In this document: piece by piece, positions 29,143 to 39,147 of the stretch | Position numbering within the stretch: the first letter of the stretch is position 1 | How the letters are laid out: every line of letters starts with the position of its first letter | Assembly: GCA_964291655.2 (NCBI GenBank) | Contig: OZ219802.1 | Span: 2,400,001-2,464,000 of the forward strand | DNA: 64,000 nt | Direction: 5' to 3' | Source: Chloroflexota bacterium | GTDB lineage: Bacteria; Chloroflexota; UBA11872; VXOZ01 | The notes under the pieces: generated by a model | The model's database searches: none | What the model was told of the DNA's origin: nothing | The model's input: the letters and a program-made list of their open reading frames with translations, nothing else | Position numbers and translations under genes: made by a program

Positions 29143-29988
29143 TCATGGCATGGGCGTTACGCTGTGGACGTATCCACCGTCCACGCAGAGTATCTGTCCG
29201 GTTATGTAGTCTGCCTCGGGTGAAGCAAGATAAACGACGGCATTGGCGATATCTTCTGCCCTACCCATCCGGGCGCGGGGGGCGCGGCGAATCCACGCGT
29301 CCCTACCTTGCGGCGACGCCTGCCAGCCCGGCGTTGAGACCGCGCCTGCGGCAATGCAATTGACCGTAATCCCCTGCGGGCCGAATTCGACCGCCAGCGC
29401 CTGCGTCAATGTGTTGAGCGCGCCTTTCGCCACGGTATAGGCGGTCGTTCGGCGCTGGAACACGAGGCTATGGGATGAGCTTATATTGATGATGCGGCCT
29501 CCTGCTGGCTGCATCCGGTCTTCCGACTGCTGAATCTCGCTTCGCGGCTGCTGCATTTCGCTATGCGCCTGCTGCGCGAGCATCATCTGCAACGCTGCCT
29601 GTGTGCAGTGTACGACGCCATCCAGATTCACTGCAAAGACTCGTTGCCAGGCGTTGATTGGATAGTCGGCGAAGGACCCCTCGTGACTGATGCCGATGGC
29701 GGCGTTGTTGACCAGAATGTCGAGTCTTCCGAACTGCGCCTCTAACTCACGGAACATGTGCGCAACTGCTGACCGGTCGCTCACGTCGGCGTGGAGCGGG
29801 ATTGCTTTCCGCCCAGCCGCCGCGACTGCCGCGCAAGTGGCATCTGCTCCTGACGGGTCCGTGTGGTAGTTGACCCCAACGTCTGCTCCGGCGGTTGCCA
29901 GCGCGATTGCGATTGCCTGACCGATGCCCTTGGAACCGCCGGTTACTAAGGCAACGGTACCGTCCAGCGCCATGATGCCCCCGCTCAT
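29143..29988 (-). CDS. SDR family oxidoreductase (FabG-like)
   Basis: TGGSKGIG, LVNNAA, YTVAK (YxxxK), YITGQ.L.VDGG. Confidence 0.92.
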   Translation of the reverse strand: MSGGIMALDGTVALVTGGSKGIGQAIAIALATAGADVGVNYHTDPSGADATCAAVAAAGRKAIPLHADVSDRSAVAHMFRELEAQFGRLDILVNNAAIGISHEGSFADYPINAWQRVFAVNLDGVVHCTQAALQMMLAQQAHSEMQQPRSEIQQSEDRMQPAGGRIINISSSHSLVFQRRTTAYTVAKGALNTLTQALAVEFGPQGITVNCIAAGAVSTPGWQASPQGRDAWIRRAPRARMGRAEDIANAVVYLASPEADYITGQILCVDGGYVHSVTPMP

Positions 29989-30031
29989 TCTCTACGCGTA
30001 GCCAAATGTGTGTGACGAGTCCTCAGCCAAC

Positions 30032-30260
30032 CGCCGTTCATGGTTCGATCCTTCGGCGAGGCTCAGGACAGACAGGCTCACCAGGAACGGAAGAAAGAAA
30101 AATCACTCGAAGGAGTCAGTATCCGTTCATCCTTCGACAGGCTCAGGACGAACGGACACTGAACTTTTTCCAAATTTCTTCTTCGCCTCTTTACATATCC
30201 ATTCTTTGGATATTCGGCATCTTCTATGGTCAGACGCAGGTTACAAACCTGCGCTACCGG
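30032..30260. repeat. REP cluster (family B variants plus family D)
   Basis: CCGTTCATCCTTCGACAGGCTCAGGACGAACGG and a degenerate copy; CGCAGGTTACAAACCTGCGCTAC. Confidence 0.75.
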
Positions 30261-30367
30261 AAGAAGCCTCTCTGCACCTGAGCGTGCAACACGTGTAGCC
30301 CAGCGCCACGCTACCCCTAGATGCTTCTCCGCGCTGCCCTGCTTGCCAATGACACTCTCTGCGTACT

Positions 30368-31603
30368 CTATAGCCAGTGGGTTACCGGCCAGAGCGTGGC
30401 AGACCGCGTGAACGTAGCGTCGAGCAAGGCATCCGTCTCCGCTATGGGATCGTGGCCGTAGCGCCGCAGGAACTCCGCTTCTACTTGCATTTCAACCGAT
30501 GTTGGGGCGGTTAGGGGCAAATCGACCCACGTGTTGCCGCGGTCCGCGCTCTCCCGCACCGCCAGGCAGAGTTCGTAGTCGCGCACTCCGCCTTCGACGC
30601 CGTACTGAGGCTGTGTGCCTTCTGTGATGGCGCGGTGGAAGCTGGTGAGGATGTCTGCTTTTGACGCGTCATCTTGCGTGCCGATGCCGTAGCGCGCGTA
30701 GGGATTGCGCCAAACCACCGGTGGGTCAGTGGCTACGGAGAGGGACTCGAGCACTTTCGCGCCGGAGTGTTCCGTATGATGCTCCTGAATGGGAAGAGAT
30801 AGCGACGGACCCTCCGTGTATTGCACGAATTCTTCGCGGCTCAGGTAGCCCTTGGTACCCTCGATTTCCCAGCCGATGGGGAAGGTGCGGTGTGACGACG
30901 GAAAGACGCGCGGCGGCTTCTCGAAGAGACACGCGACGCCGTTGGCGAACTCGACAACGCCCGAATCCCATTTTAGGGAGCGCTCCGGCTCGCCGCCGTA
31001 GGCCGTGTACGGTTCGGTCGGCACTTCGCCGCAATAACCGAGCACGCGGGCGGCCGGGGCGTCGATCAAAGCGCGAATGCCGCTGAAGCCGTGGTACTGC
31101 CCCGTCTGGTACCAGAGCCGGGCGTGGGTGACCTCACCCAGCAGTCCGGTGTCGATGATCCGGCGCTTTAGCTGCTCTCTGGGCCAGAGCCACACCTGTT
31201 CCGCCACTTCCCAGAGCACGCCGTTTTCCCGGCAGGTTGCGGCGATGGCGGCGGCGTGGCGGCGCGTCAGCGCCACCGGAATCTCAGTGATGATGTGGCA
31301 GCCGTGGCGGGCAGCGGTGAGCGCCATGACGATGTGGGAGTCTTTGGGCGTCAGGCTGAGCACCACGTCCGGCTGCTCGCGCGCAAAGAGCGCGCGCACG
31401 TCGGCATACTGTCCCGGCACGCCGTAACGGTCGCCCACCTCCGCCAGAACATCAGGGCTACGGTCGCAGATGGCGGCCAATTCGTAATGGTCCGTGAGCC
31501 GCGCAATCGTTGCTAAGAAGTGCCGCGCCCGCGAGCCGGGGTCCGCGCCGACGCCCAATACGGCAATGCGGAGTTTGGTCGAGATCTCCTGTGTTACTGG
31601 CAT
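30368..31603 (-). CDS. Gfo/Idh/MocA family oxidoreductase
   Basis: LRIAVLGVG, PDVVLSLTP...H, HIITEIPVA. Confidence 0.85.
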   Translation of the reverse strand: MPVTQEISTKLRIAVLGVGADPGSRARHFLATIARLTDHYELAAICDRSPDVLAEVGDRYGVPGQYADVRALFAREQPDVVLSLTPKDSHIVMALTAARHGCHIITEIPVALTRRHAAAIAATCRENGVLWEVAEQVWLWPREQLKRRIIDTGLLGEVTHARLWYQTGQYHGFSGIRALIDAPAARVLGYCGEVPTEPYTAYGGEPERSLKWDSGVVEFANGVACLFEKPPRVFPSSHRTFPIGWEIEGTKGYLSREEFVQYTEGPSLSLPIQEHHTEHSGAKVLESLSVATDPPVVWRNPYARYGIGTQDDASKADILTSFHRAITEGTQPQYGVEGGVRDYELCLAVRESADRGNTWVDLPLTAPTSVEMQVEAEFLRRYGHDPIAETDALLDATFTRSATLWPVTHWL

Positions 31604-31605
31604 CC

Positions 31606-32532
31606 TTATGCACCGCCCGTCTCAGCCAAGAAGGCCGCATAATGCTCCAGCGGCTGTGAGAGGTCTTCATCAAGATTCGTGACCACCAGCCGCGCCCGTG
31701 CCGTGCGCGCGACGCCCGGCTCCAGCGTGCCGCCAAAGAGCGAAAGGTAGAGCGGGTTGTGCTTGTGAAAACGGTCCCGGGCGTCGGGGCTATCGTAGCC
31801 ACTGGAGACCGCAAAGCAGTCTTCAGGGCGCGACATGAGCACGGCCGCTACCTGCTGCCCGCGGTCGGCCTGGAAGCACACCGGCAGCTTGTAGCGCCGT
31901 ACCGGCGAGAAGCGGGCAATGTCCCGCCAGCGGCCGTCCACGCTGATGCCGACGGCGTCTTCATCGCGGGGATAGACCAGCACCCCGCCGCGAAAGATCG
32001 GGTTGACGACCACGGAGGCAAGCTCCGGCTCGTCGCCAAAACGGCCAAGCTCGTCTTCCAATTCGAACCTGTCGCGGGCCAAGTAGATATGCGGCACGTG
32101 AACGGGATCAAAGTAGCACGCAAGCAAGGCTTCGAAATCGTTTGCCGCCGCGTTGGGCGTGACGGTGACGGTCATGTCAATCGTAGCCGGTTCTGCGATC
32201 TCATAGCGGATAGCCATTTCCGGATGCGCTGGGTCTTGCAGTGCCCACCGCAAGGTCACACTGCTTTCGTCCGCCTCGATATGGCGCTCGCCTTGGCGCG
32301 GATTGCCGAGATCGCTATCCATGCCGGTGGCGGCTGACGGGTCGCGGTGCATGAAGCGGTACAGGTTGAGGATGGCGTAGAGCGGATGCACGAACTCGAT
32401 GCCGGTGGACTTGTGCACAAGGTGGGTGAGACCGTGATGCGGAAACTCATTGCCGGGACGCAACGTGCCTTGTATCTCGGCGGTCTCGAAAGCGTAGACC
32501 TTCTCTTCCGGGCGGTAGTCCAGAGTTGCCAT
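31606..32532 (-). CDS. Hypothetical protein, possibly a galactose mutarotase-like beta-sandwich
   Basis: 308-aa ORF with genome-typical codon usage, ending 2 bp before the next gene; H.PLYLSLFG motif. The fold is a guess. Confidence 0.6.
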   Translation of the reverse strand: MATLDYRPEEKVYAFETAEIQGTLRPGNEFPHHGLTHLVHKSTGIEFVHPLYAILNLYRFMHRDPSAATGMDSDLGNPRQGERHIEADESSVTLRWALQDPAHPEMAIRYEIAEPATIDMTVTVTPNAAANDFEALLACYFDPVHVPHIYLARDRFELEDELGRFGDEPELASVVVNPIFRGGVLVYPRDEDAVGISVDGRWRDIARFSPVRRYKLPVCFQADRGQQVAAVLMSRPEDCFAVSSGYDSPDARDRFHKHNPLYLSLFGGTLEPGVARTARARLVVTNLDEDLSQPLEHYAAFLAETGGA

Positions 32533-32848
32533 TTATGTGATTGTCCTTTCCCGGTCTAGTCTGCCAGTGAGATCGCTCGCCTCGCAGCACGATGCGCTTC
32601 TACAGTAGCACACGATGGCGCCATGCCTTTGCACAGCCCGGTAACGCGATTGAGCGAGGGCAGAGAATACTGCGGTGCACAGCATCAGTGGGAGCTCGTG
32701 TTGATTCACGTTGAGAACTTTACCAGCCGCAGCTTGCACACCGCTTTTTGCGCCGGGGCTACGAGACAAATGCCCCGTAGCCCCGGTAACTCGCCCCCCA
32801 GTACGGTATTCCGCAATGAAACTAGAGATTGCGGGTCGTGCTCGCGAG

Positions 32849-34276
32849 CTAAGACGTGGCCGCGTCGAACAGCGCGTTCGTCTCGTCCGCCATGTTCTTG
32901 AGGCCTTCCTCCACGCCGACGGCGCCGGCGAAGATCTCTGGCGCCCACACGCCCATGGGGCCAAGCATCTCGCCCCAGGAGACGACGTCGTGGGTTGGCA
33001 GATTCGTGGTCCACTCGAACATCTCAAACGCGGCGATGCGGTTCGCGGGCCCGTCGGTGACCTCCGGATCGTAGTAGAGCTGCGCCGAGTCATCCCGCGC
33101 CGGCCGCAACACGTCCGCCCGCGCCAATATATCCTGAGAGTCCTTCGTCAACATGTTGGCGAAGACACCCCACGCCTGGTCGGGGGACTTGGAGTTGGTA
33201 TTCATACACCAGCCGACAATGTTGGTGGTGCCGCCCGGGTTGCCGGTGTTGGGCGAAGCAGCCACGTAGCCGTAGTCCCAGGTGAAGCCGGAGCCGGGCC
33301 AGGCCTCGTTCAGGAACTTGACGTTGTTGGAAGCCGCCGTCCAAAGGACGACTTGACCGCTGCCAAAGAGGGCAAAACGACCGCCGCGGCCCGCCATGCC
33401 TTGGCTCAGGTCAGCAATCTGGTCGCGGGACGGCGAAACGCGATGCTTGAGCGCCAAGTCTACGCAGAAGTGCCACGCCTCCGCCGATTCCGGGCTGTCG
33501 ATGACGCAGCGCAAATCGTCGCTCAAGAAGTCGCCGCCGTTGGCGCGCACGTAGTTCAGCCAGCCTTGTTCGAGGGCATCGGCCGCGAACATGCCGTAGC
33601 GCGTGACGTTGTCGCCCTCGCTCTCCGTGAGCTTGATGGCGTACTCCTGGAGCAAGTCCCAATTCCAGTCCGTGCCGAGCTCAGACGGTACCGCGAAGCC
33701 GCCCTCATTTATGGCGTCTTCATTGAAGAGCGTGATGATGCTCGTCATCATGCCCGGCACGCCGAACATCTTCTCGCCTTTGTAGGTGTAGAAGTCGATG
33801 CCGGTTTTCCAGGCGTTGGCGGCAAAATCCTGGGCAATGGGGTCGGCCCTGAATTGCGCGGTAATGTCGGCAGGAATCTCCTTATTGGACCACGCGAAGT
33901 AGTTCACGCTGTTCATCAGGTAGATGTCCGGGCCCGTGCCGCCAACGAAGGCCGCCTGCAAATTATCCCAGTAACCGGAAACCGCTTCCGCGGTCACGCT
34001 GACGTTGGGATTGGTTTCCGAGTAATTCGCGCCCATCTGTTCCACGGAAGCTACAGGGTCCGGCCACCAGACCCAGACTTTGATCTCGGCGGCTTCAGCC
34101 TGGGGCTGTTCGGCAGGCTTTTCCGCTTCCTGCTCAGCCGGCGCTTCCTCGGACGGCATGGCCGTGCCGGCCTGTCCGCACGCGGCGAGCAAGGCGGCAG
34201 TTAGTGCCGCACCGCCGCCCGCGAGGATCTGCCGGCGTGACGGTTGTAGTCGCACGGAACGATCATTGGTATCCAC
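32849..34276 (-). CDS. ABC-type sugar solute-binding lipoprotein with Tat signal
   Basis: GTG start after AGAGGAGAAAG; SRRQIL twin-arginine motif, LAAC lipobox, GTGPDIY, family-1 SBP pattern. Confidence 0.9.
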   Translation of the reverse strand: MDTNDRSVRLQPSRRQILAGGGAALTAALLAACGQAGTAMPSEEAPAEQEAEKPAEQPQAEAAEIKVWVWWPDPVASVEQMGANYSETNPNVSVTAEAVSGYWDNLQAAFVGGTGPDIYLMNSVNYFAWSNKEIPADITAQFRADPIAQDFAANAWKTGIDFYTYKGEKMFGVPGMMTSIITLFNEDAINEGGFAVPSELGTDWNWDLLQEYAIKLTESEGDNVTRYGMFAADALEQGWLNYVRANGGDFLSDDLRCVIDSPESAEAWHFCVDLALKHRVSPSRDQIADLSQGMAGRGGRFALFGSGQVVLWTAASNNVKFLNEAWPGSGFTWDYGYVAASPNTGNPGGTTNIVGWCMNTNSKSPDQAWGVFANMLTKDSQDILARADVLRPARDDSAQLYYDPEVTDGPANRIAAFEMFEWTTNLPTHDVVSWGEMLGPMGVWAPEIFAGAVGVEEGLKNMADETNALFDAATS

Positions 34277-34669
34277 GATACAGCTTTCTCCTCTTCTTGA
34301 AAGAGTCATCTCTGTACGGGGTATTTGCGCGATGGAGACACCACGGTAACGCGCCGGATGCCTGCTCCGTGTACGTGATCTCCTTTCCCAAAGCTGTTGC
34401 CAAATCAAGATGCTGTGGTAATGGTATAGCGCCTAAGAAGGGTTGTCAAGAACTTTTATTTCAAATTGAGAGAAGGGCTCCAATCCGGCCGGCCAATAAG
34501 TCCCTTTCCCAATGGGTCGACGTAGGGGAGACTCAGTCAACTGCTAGCGAAGGTTTTGTCAACTTTTTGCTAGTTTCGGGTAAAGCAATACTAAGGCGGA
34601 GAAGAGCCAAACTTCCGCTGCCTCCAAGTAAACAAGGAGCGAAGGTGCGTGCCAATCCCAAGCGTGTGG

Positions 34670-35725
34670 CTACGTGCGCGGCCAGCGGGCGGCGAGCGGC
34701 GGCATGGCGGGAAACGGCGCGTGGGGCGCTGTTTGGTACCAGTAAGCCACCGAGGCGATGTCGTCGGTGAGCGGCTCGAACTTGCGGTTCAGCCACCAGC
34801 CGAGGGCTTGCACGGTTACTTTTAAGTCCTGCTTGAAGCGGATGGGATCCATGATGTGCCAGCGGTACATGCCGTGAAGCGGTACCTCAACCGGATCCTG
34901 GCGGTAGAGCGGATAGCCGAGGAAAGGCGTTGAGAATGTCCGGTCGCCGAAATTCCACGCCCCGCCAAAGTAGTCCTCCGTGCCCGTGCCGCAGATGGTC
35001 GGATGGTCGGAGTCGCCGTCCATATAGAACTTCACCTCGCCCTCGCCCCACCAGCCGTTGGAAAACTGCGACCACGCGATGAACGTGCCGACGTACTGCC
35101 CCTGTCCGGAGACGCCGTCGAGGAGCACATGTTCGGGGTATTCGCGGGTGGTCATGGACCGCCGCCATTGGGCGTGGAAGTAGGCTGCGTTCTCCGGCAC
35201 CGGGGCCAGTGCGTACGTGATCTGATAATAGAATCCCGGGATTACTTCCCAGTAGTTGTTTTCTATCGTGATGCGCGCGCTGCGGCGGAAGGGCATCGGC
35301 CAATAGGAGTTGAACCCGCCCGTGGGGTTCACGGCAATGGGCAGGGAGTTCACATCGTAACGCAGGGCGTGGCCGTTGCAGAAGAAGTCGCCCAGCGGCA
35401 CCTCGACCGAGGGAGTCTCTTCGCCGTCCCAGTAGCAGCGCAGAACCGTGCTGCGATACGCCTGGGGGCGAACGGTGAGCCAGATGTGCTGGATGGTGCC
35501 CGGCCCTTCAATTTCGGCGAGGGTCGTGGTGGATTGCGGCGGCAGCTCGATCTTGGGACGCACTTTCCAACCGGGCCCCAGCAAAGAAGCCGCGCTATTA
35601 TCGTCAGGCACCGCCTTCGCGCCGCCGCCCCGCTCGCCGTTAGGGTTTTCCGCCGAAATCGAGCGCGTCTCGGCATCCGAGAGCAGCGCGATGCTATGCA
35701 AACCCATCTGCAGTCCGTCGAACAT
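34670..35725 (-). CDS. DUF2961 / glycoside hydrolase family 172-like protein
   Basis: SISAENP.GE.G.G, GPG.IQHIW, WWGEGEVKFY.DGD, GTGTEDYF; ATG after AAGGAG. Confidence 0.9.
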   Translation of the reverse strand: MFDGLQMGLHSIALLSDAETRSISAENPNGERGGGAKAVPDDNSAASLLGPGWKVRPKIELPPQSTTTLAEIEGPGTIQHIWLTVRPQAYRSTVLRCYWDGEETPSVEVPLGDFFCNGHALRYDVNSLPIAVNPTGGFNSYWPMPFRRSARITIENNYWEVIPGFYYQITYALAPVPENAAYFHAQWRRSMTTREYPEHVLLDGVSGQGQYVGTFIAWSQFSNGWWGEGEVKFYMDGDSDHPTICGTGTEDYFGGAWNFGDRTFSTPFLGYPLYRQDPVEVPLHGMYRWHIMDPIRFKQDLKVTVQALGWWLNRKFEPLTDDIASVAYWYQTAPHAPFPAMPPLAARWPRT

Positions 35726-35807
35726 GATGTTGATCTCCTTTTGTGCACTGGCTAACGACGGAGACTGTGTGCCAGCCAACCCTTTAACTCTCAGAGTCGC
35801 GCTAATC

Positions 35808-36180
35808 CGTCATTCCCGCGCAGGCGGGAATCCATCTTCTCTTCGCCAGCGGACTGTCACTCCCGCGGATGCGACTATTGACAGTCTACTTAACACGTCC
35901 CCTTCATCCGTCATTGCCATGAAAATAGTACGACAGACTCCGTCATTCCCGCGCAAGCGCGCCCCCGCGCGGGGGCGCGGAATCAATCTTCGCCGCGCAC
36001 ACCCTGGATTCCGGCCCCGTATCGTGGTACGGGGCAGGCTTTTCGCCGGAATGACGGTCAAGGAGTCGCACGTTTGTCTTCATTTCCTTGTGTGGCCTCG
36101 CAAGGCCATGGTGATTCCCATGCAGTTGGGGAGCCAGCATCTCAATTCAGATGGACTCCCGCTTTCGCGTGAGTGACGAT
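35808..36180. repeat. REP cluster, family C (GTCATTCCCGCG..GCGGGAATCC) with loop-insertion variants
   Basis: Copies at about 35808, 35941, 36005-36057 and 36152; two carry an extra hairpin in the loop (CCCCCGCGCGGGGG; CCCCGTATCGTGGTACGGGG). Confidence 0.8.
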
Positions 36181-36282
36181 TTTAGGGCCGCAACCGCCAG
36201 CCAGGAGACTACCCATCTGCTCGCGATAGACCGTCTCGCTCAGGCACCGACGCGCAAGCCACAGGGGAAAATAGTATCGCGC

Positions 36283-37623
36283 CTATGCCAATGAACTTAG
36301 CAACTCCAGTGCCGTCTCTTGCATGGCCTGCGCCGTGCCGGGGCCGCCGATGGCCGAGCGGGAGGGCCACGTCTCGTAGGCGCCCAGCGCTAGCTGCTCG
36401 TCGGTGGCCACGTACCCAAGATAGTCGTTTGCCAGACCTATAACGAACTGCGGCGCGAAGGGAGTGCCTTCTTTGATCGCGAGACCGACTTCGACGAATA
36501 TCTCGCCCGGCAAGGCGGCAAAGCCGGCGGGGCCGACACGAAATGCCTGTAACGTCGAGGTCAAGACTTGCGGCATCGTGTGCAACACTTTGACTTCGCG
36601 GGCGTAGGCCGCCGCCCAGCGCGGGTAGATCGGCTGGCCGGTGACCGCAGAGAACGGCCCCTCTGTATACTCAAAGTTGCCGCTCAGCACCTTTTCCGCA
36701 ATTGCTACGTCCTGGTCAGTGGTCTGTTTGCGGGGAAAGTCGAACGCGCTGACCGCTGCGCCCAGCGCCACGTGGTCGTGCATTTGCATCAACTGAAACT
36801 CAGTCAACACGTGGCCTGCCAGCACCTTTGCCATCCGCGCAGCCTGCGCGTGCCCTCGGTGCGGCCAGGGCGTGAAGACGTTCGTATTATTGATGTTGCC
36901 GGAAGCGCCGTTGAAGAGCAGACCCACCGTCTGCGGCCCGAGCAGGTGTTGGATCGCGCGGAAGAAGTGTCCATAGTAGTCGGCGGAAATCTCTGTGCCG
37001 CTATCCGTGCCTACGTAGTGCAAAGCGTAGTTACCCAACACGGCCAGCGGTTCACCTTCGCTGCTCTCGACGTAGCAGAGCGTGAATGCGGGATCCGTAG
37101 TGCCGGCGGGTCGCAAGACGTCCGGGTTGCCCACGCCGGGGTTGAATTGCACCTGTCCGTTGCGCATGTGAAAGCGGCGGTTGAAGACAAGGCGGGGCTC
37201 TTGCACGTTGGCAAAGCCGATGCGGGCCGGTTGCAGGCGCTGCACGGCAAGCTCAACGGAGTCGGCGATCTTCCGTGTTGCCCATTCGGTGTACTCAGTC
37301 TGCTCGTCCATGAATCCAATGCTCACGGTGGCAGGGGCGGAGTGCGTGTGGGTCGAGGCAATGAGCACGTGCTCGGGCGGTATGTGCGAGCGCGCCGCAA
37401 TGCGCTCCTTTGCGGCATCCATCATGGCACGCGAAATCATCGTGAGGTCGCAGAGCACGAAGGCGAGTTGCCGCACGCCGTCATCCAGCACCAATGCCTT
37501 GGCGAGCAGGTCGTCATGGACGGTATCGGCGTGGGTCACGTCGCGAAACGCACCGCGCATGGCGATGCCCAGCCAGGGCGTAATGTTTGCCGTCGCCGCG
37601 CCCGCGCGCAGTCTATCAGCCAT
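36283..37623 (-). CDS. Neutral/alkaline ceramidase-like metallo-amidohydrolase
   Basis: HDDLLAKALVL, STHTHSAP, NYALH, SADY.G, GASGNIN, LPGEIF, ANDYLGY. Confidence 0.85.
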   Translation of the reverse strand: MADRLRAGAATANITPWLGIAMRGAFRDVTHADTVHDDLLAKALVLDDGVRQLAFVLCDLTMISRAMMDAAKERIAARSHIPPEHVLIASTHTHSAPATVSIGFMDEQTEYTEWATRKIADSVELAVQRLQPARIGFANVQEPRLVFNRRFHMRNGQVQFNPGVGNPDVLRPAGTTDPAFTLCYVESSEGEPLAVLGNYALHYVGTDSGTEISADYYGHFFRAIQHLLGPQTVGLLFNGASGNINNTNVFTPWPHRGHAQAARMAKVLAGHVLTEFQLMQMHDHVALGAAVSAFDFPRKQTTDQDVAIAEKVLSGNFEYTEGPFSAVTGQPIYPRWAAAYAREVKVLHTMPQVLTSTLQAFRVGPAGFAALPGEIFVEVGLAIKEGTPFAPQFVIGLANDYLGYVATDEQLALGAYETWPSRSAIGGPGTAQAMQETALELLSSLA

Positions 37624-37932
37624 GTCGCTGTTCCTCCACCATTGCTCTTAGTATTTTGATGGCCTCGCATCGATGCGGCACACTTAGGAAGTGGCGCGGG
37701 GGCTTGTCACTTGCAAAATCTCGTTTGCAGGAAGCTCGACCCGGCCACACCGCCTTACAGAACAAAACAGCCAGATAGTCTGCCCTCTCAAGCCGGTCGG
37801 ACGCAGGTTTCAAACCTGCGCTACCGGAACGACGGGGCACCCTGAGCGCCGCTCTCTACAATGCAATGGGCAATGCACGAGCGCTTGAAAATCTCCCCAT
37901 ACGTACGCCAACTGGCTAGGGGTAGGATACCA

Positions 37933-38130
37933 TGATCGCCTTCAGGGCCGGCTTAACATGAGCCGGACCTTCCTACCGATGCTCTAAGGATAGCGGGAGC
38001 TCCAAGGGTTTGGTAATCTGGAAGAAGAGGGACACCGCAAAGCGGAGACCCTTATATGACACGAGAACCAAGTCATTGAGAAAGTCAATAGACGTCTTCG
38101 TCCTTGGGTGCAGCCTGATCGACGCGATTG
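37933..38130 (+). ncRNA. Candidate ~195-nt structured ncRNA (possibly 6S-like) upstream of trxB
   Basis: Terminal pairings GATCGC/GCGATT and TCAGG/CCTGA, inner CCAAGGG/TCCTTGG, five local hairpins; G-U pairs favour the + strand; TAGGAT just upstream. Family not confirmed. Confidence 0.5.
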
Positions 38131-38160
38131 CCTCCAAGGCTGACTGAACGCCGGAAAGGA

Positions 38161-39147
38161 ATGGCTAGGCAGATGGCAACTTCCTACCACGATGTCGTCG
38201 TAATAGGCGCGGGACCCGCGGGGCTGTGCGCCGGGCTGTACACGGCGCGGGCGCGGCTGGATACGGTAATCCTCGAAAAAATGGCCCCCGGCGGACAGCT
38301 CATCAACACTTCATTGATCGAGGACTACCCAGGATTTGAGTCTATAGACGCGGCCGATCTCATCGAGAAGATGGTCTCGCACACCCAGGCGTTCGGCGCG
38401 CAGATCCTCACTGCTGAGGTCGCGGAGGTCTACTCGGACGACTGGCAGAAGGTCGTGCGTACGACGGACGGTGACGAGTACCGCGCCGGCGCCGTGATCA
38501 TCTCATCCGGCGGTTCGCCGACGCCGTTGAATATCCCAGGCGAGTTCGAATACGCGGGCCGGGGCGTCTCGTACTGCGCGGTCTGCGACGGCGCTTTCTT
38601 CCGCGATCGCGTGATTACGGTGGTTGGCGGGGGCGACTCGGCGGTGGAGGAGGGCCTCTTTCTCACCCGATTCGCTAGCAAACTCTATCTCGTGCATCGG
38701 CGGGAAAAACTGCGTGCCCAGCAGATCATTCAAGAGCGCTTCATGGCTGCGCCAAATACCGAGATAATCTGGGATACGGTGGCGGACGAGATCGTTGGCG
38801 ATGACGGCGCGGTCACCGGCATGCGCTTGCGCAACGTGAAGACAGGCGAGGAATGGGTGCACGAGACTGGCGGGGTCTTCATTTTCATCGGGTTCGATCC
38901 CAACACCGACTTCATCAAGGATGCGGTGGAGCGGGACGAGAATGGCTATCTCATTGCCGGCTTGCATATGGAGACCGACGTGCCGGGGCTCTTCATCGCC
39001 GGTGACGTGCGCACACAATTGACGAAGCAAATTACCACCGCAGTGGGCGATGCGACCACGGCTGCCGTGGCGGCAACGCACTATCTGGAGGACTTGTACG
39101 CCACCGTGCCGCGCCCTGAGACGGCGGCAACGGAAGTCTCTGCCTAA
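38161..39147 (+). CDS. trxB: Thioredoxin-disulfide reductase
   Basis: GAGPAGL, GVSYCAVCDG, VGGGDSAVEE, GLFIAGDV. Confidence 0.95.
   Translation: MARQMATSYHDVVVIGAGPAGLCAGLYTARARLDTVILEKMAPGGQLINTSLIEDYPGFESIDAADLIEKMVSHTQAFGAQILTAEVAEVYSDDWQKVVRTTDGDEYRAGAVIISSGGSPTPLNIPGEFEYAGRGVSYCAVCDGAFFRDRVITVVGGGDSAVEEGLFLTRFASKLYLVHRREKLRAQQIIQERFMAAPNTEIIWDTVADEIVGDDGAVTGMRLRNVKTGEEWVHETGGVFIFIGFDPNTDFIKDAVERDENGYLIAGLHMETDVPGLFIAGDVRTQLTKQITTAVGDATTAAVAATHYLEDLYATVPRPETAATEVSA

Noticed and set aside
32711-34204. 497-aa antisense ORF over the solute-binding protein (similarly 24549-25628, 36568-37659, 48421-49752)
   Set aside because: Shadow ORFs opposite well-supported genes, with Arg/His/Val-rich composition typical of GC-rich antisense frames.
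37940-38030. FMN riboswitch (TTCAGGGC...GGAAGAAG resembles its ends)
   Set aside because: The internal conserved blocks (GGTGAAATTCC, CCGACGGT, AGTCCGGATG) are missing and the downstream gene is trxB; kept only as an unassigned structured RNA.
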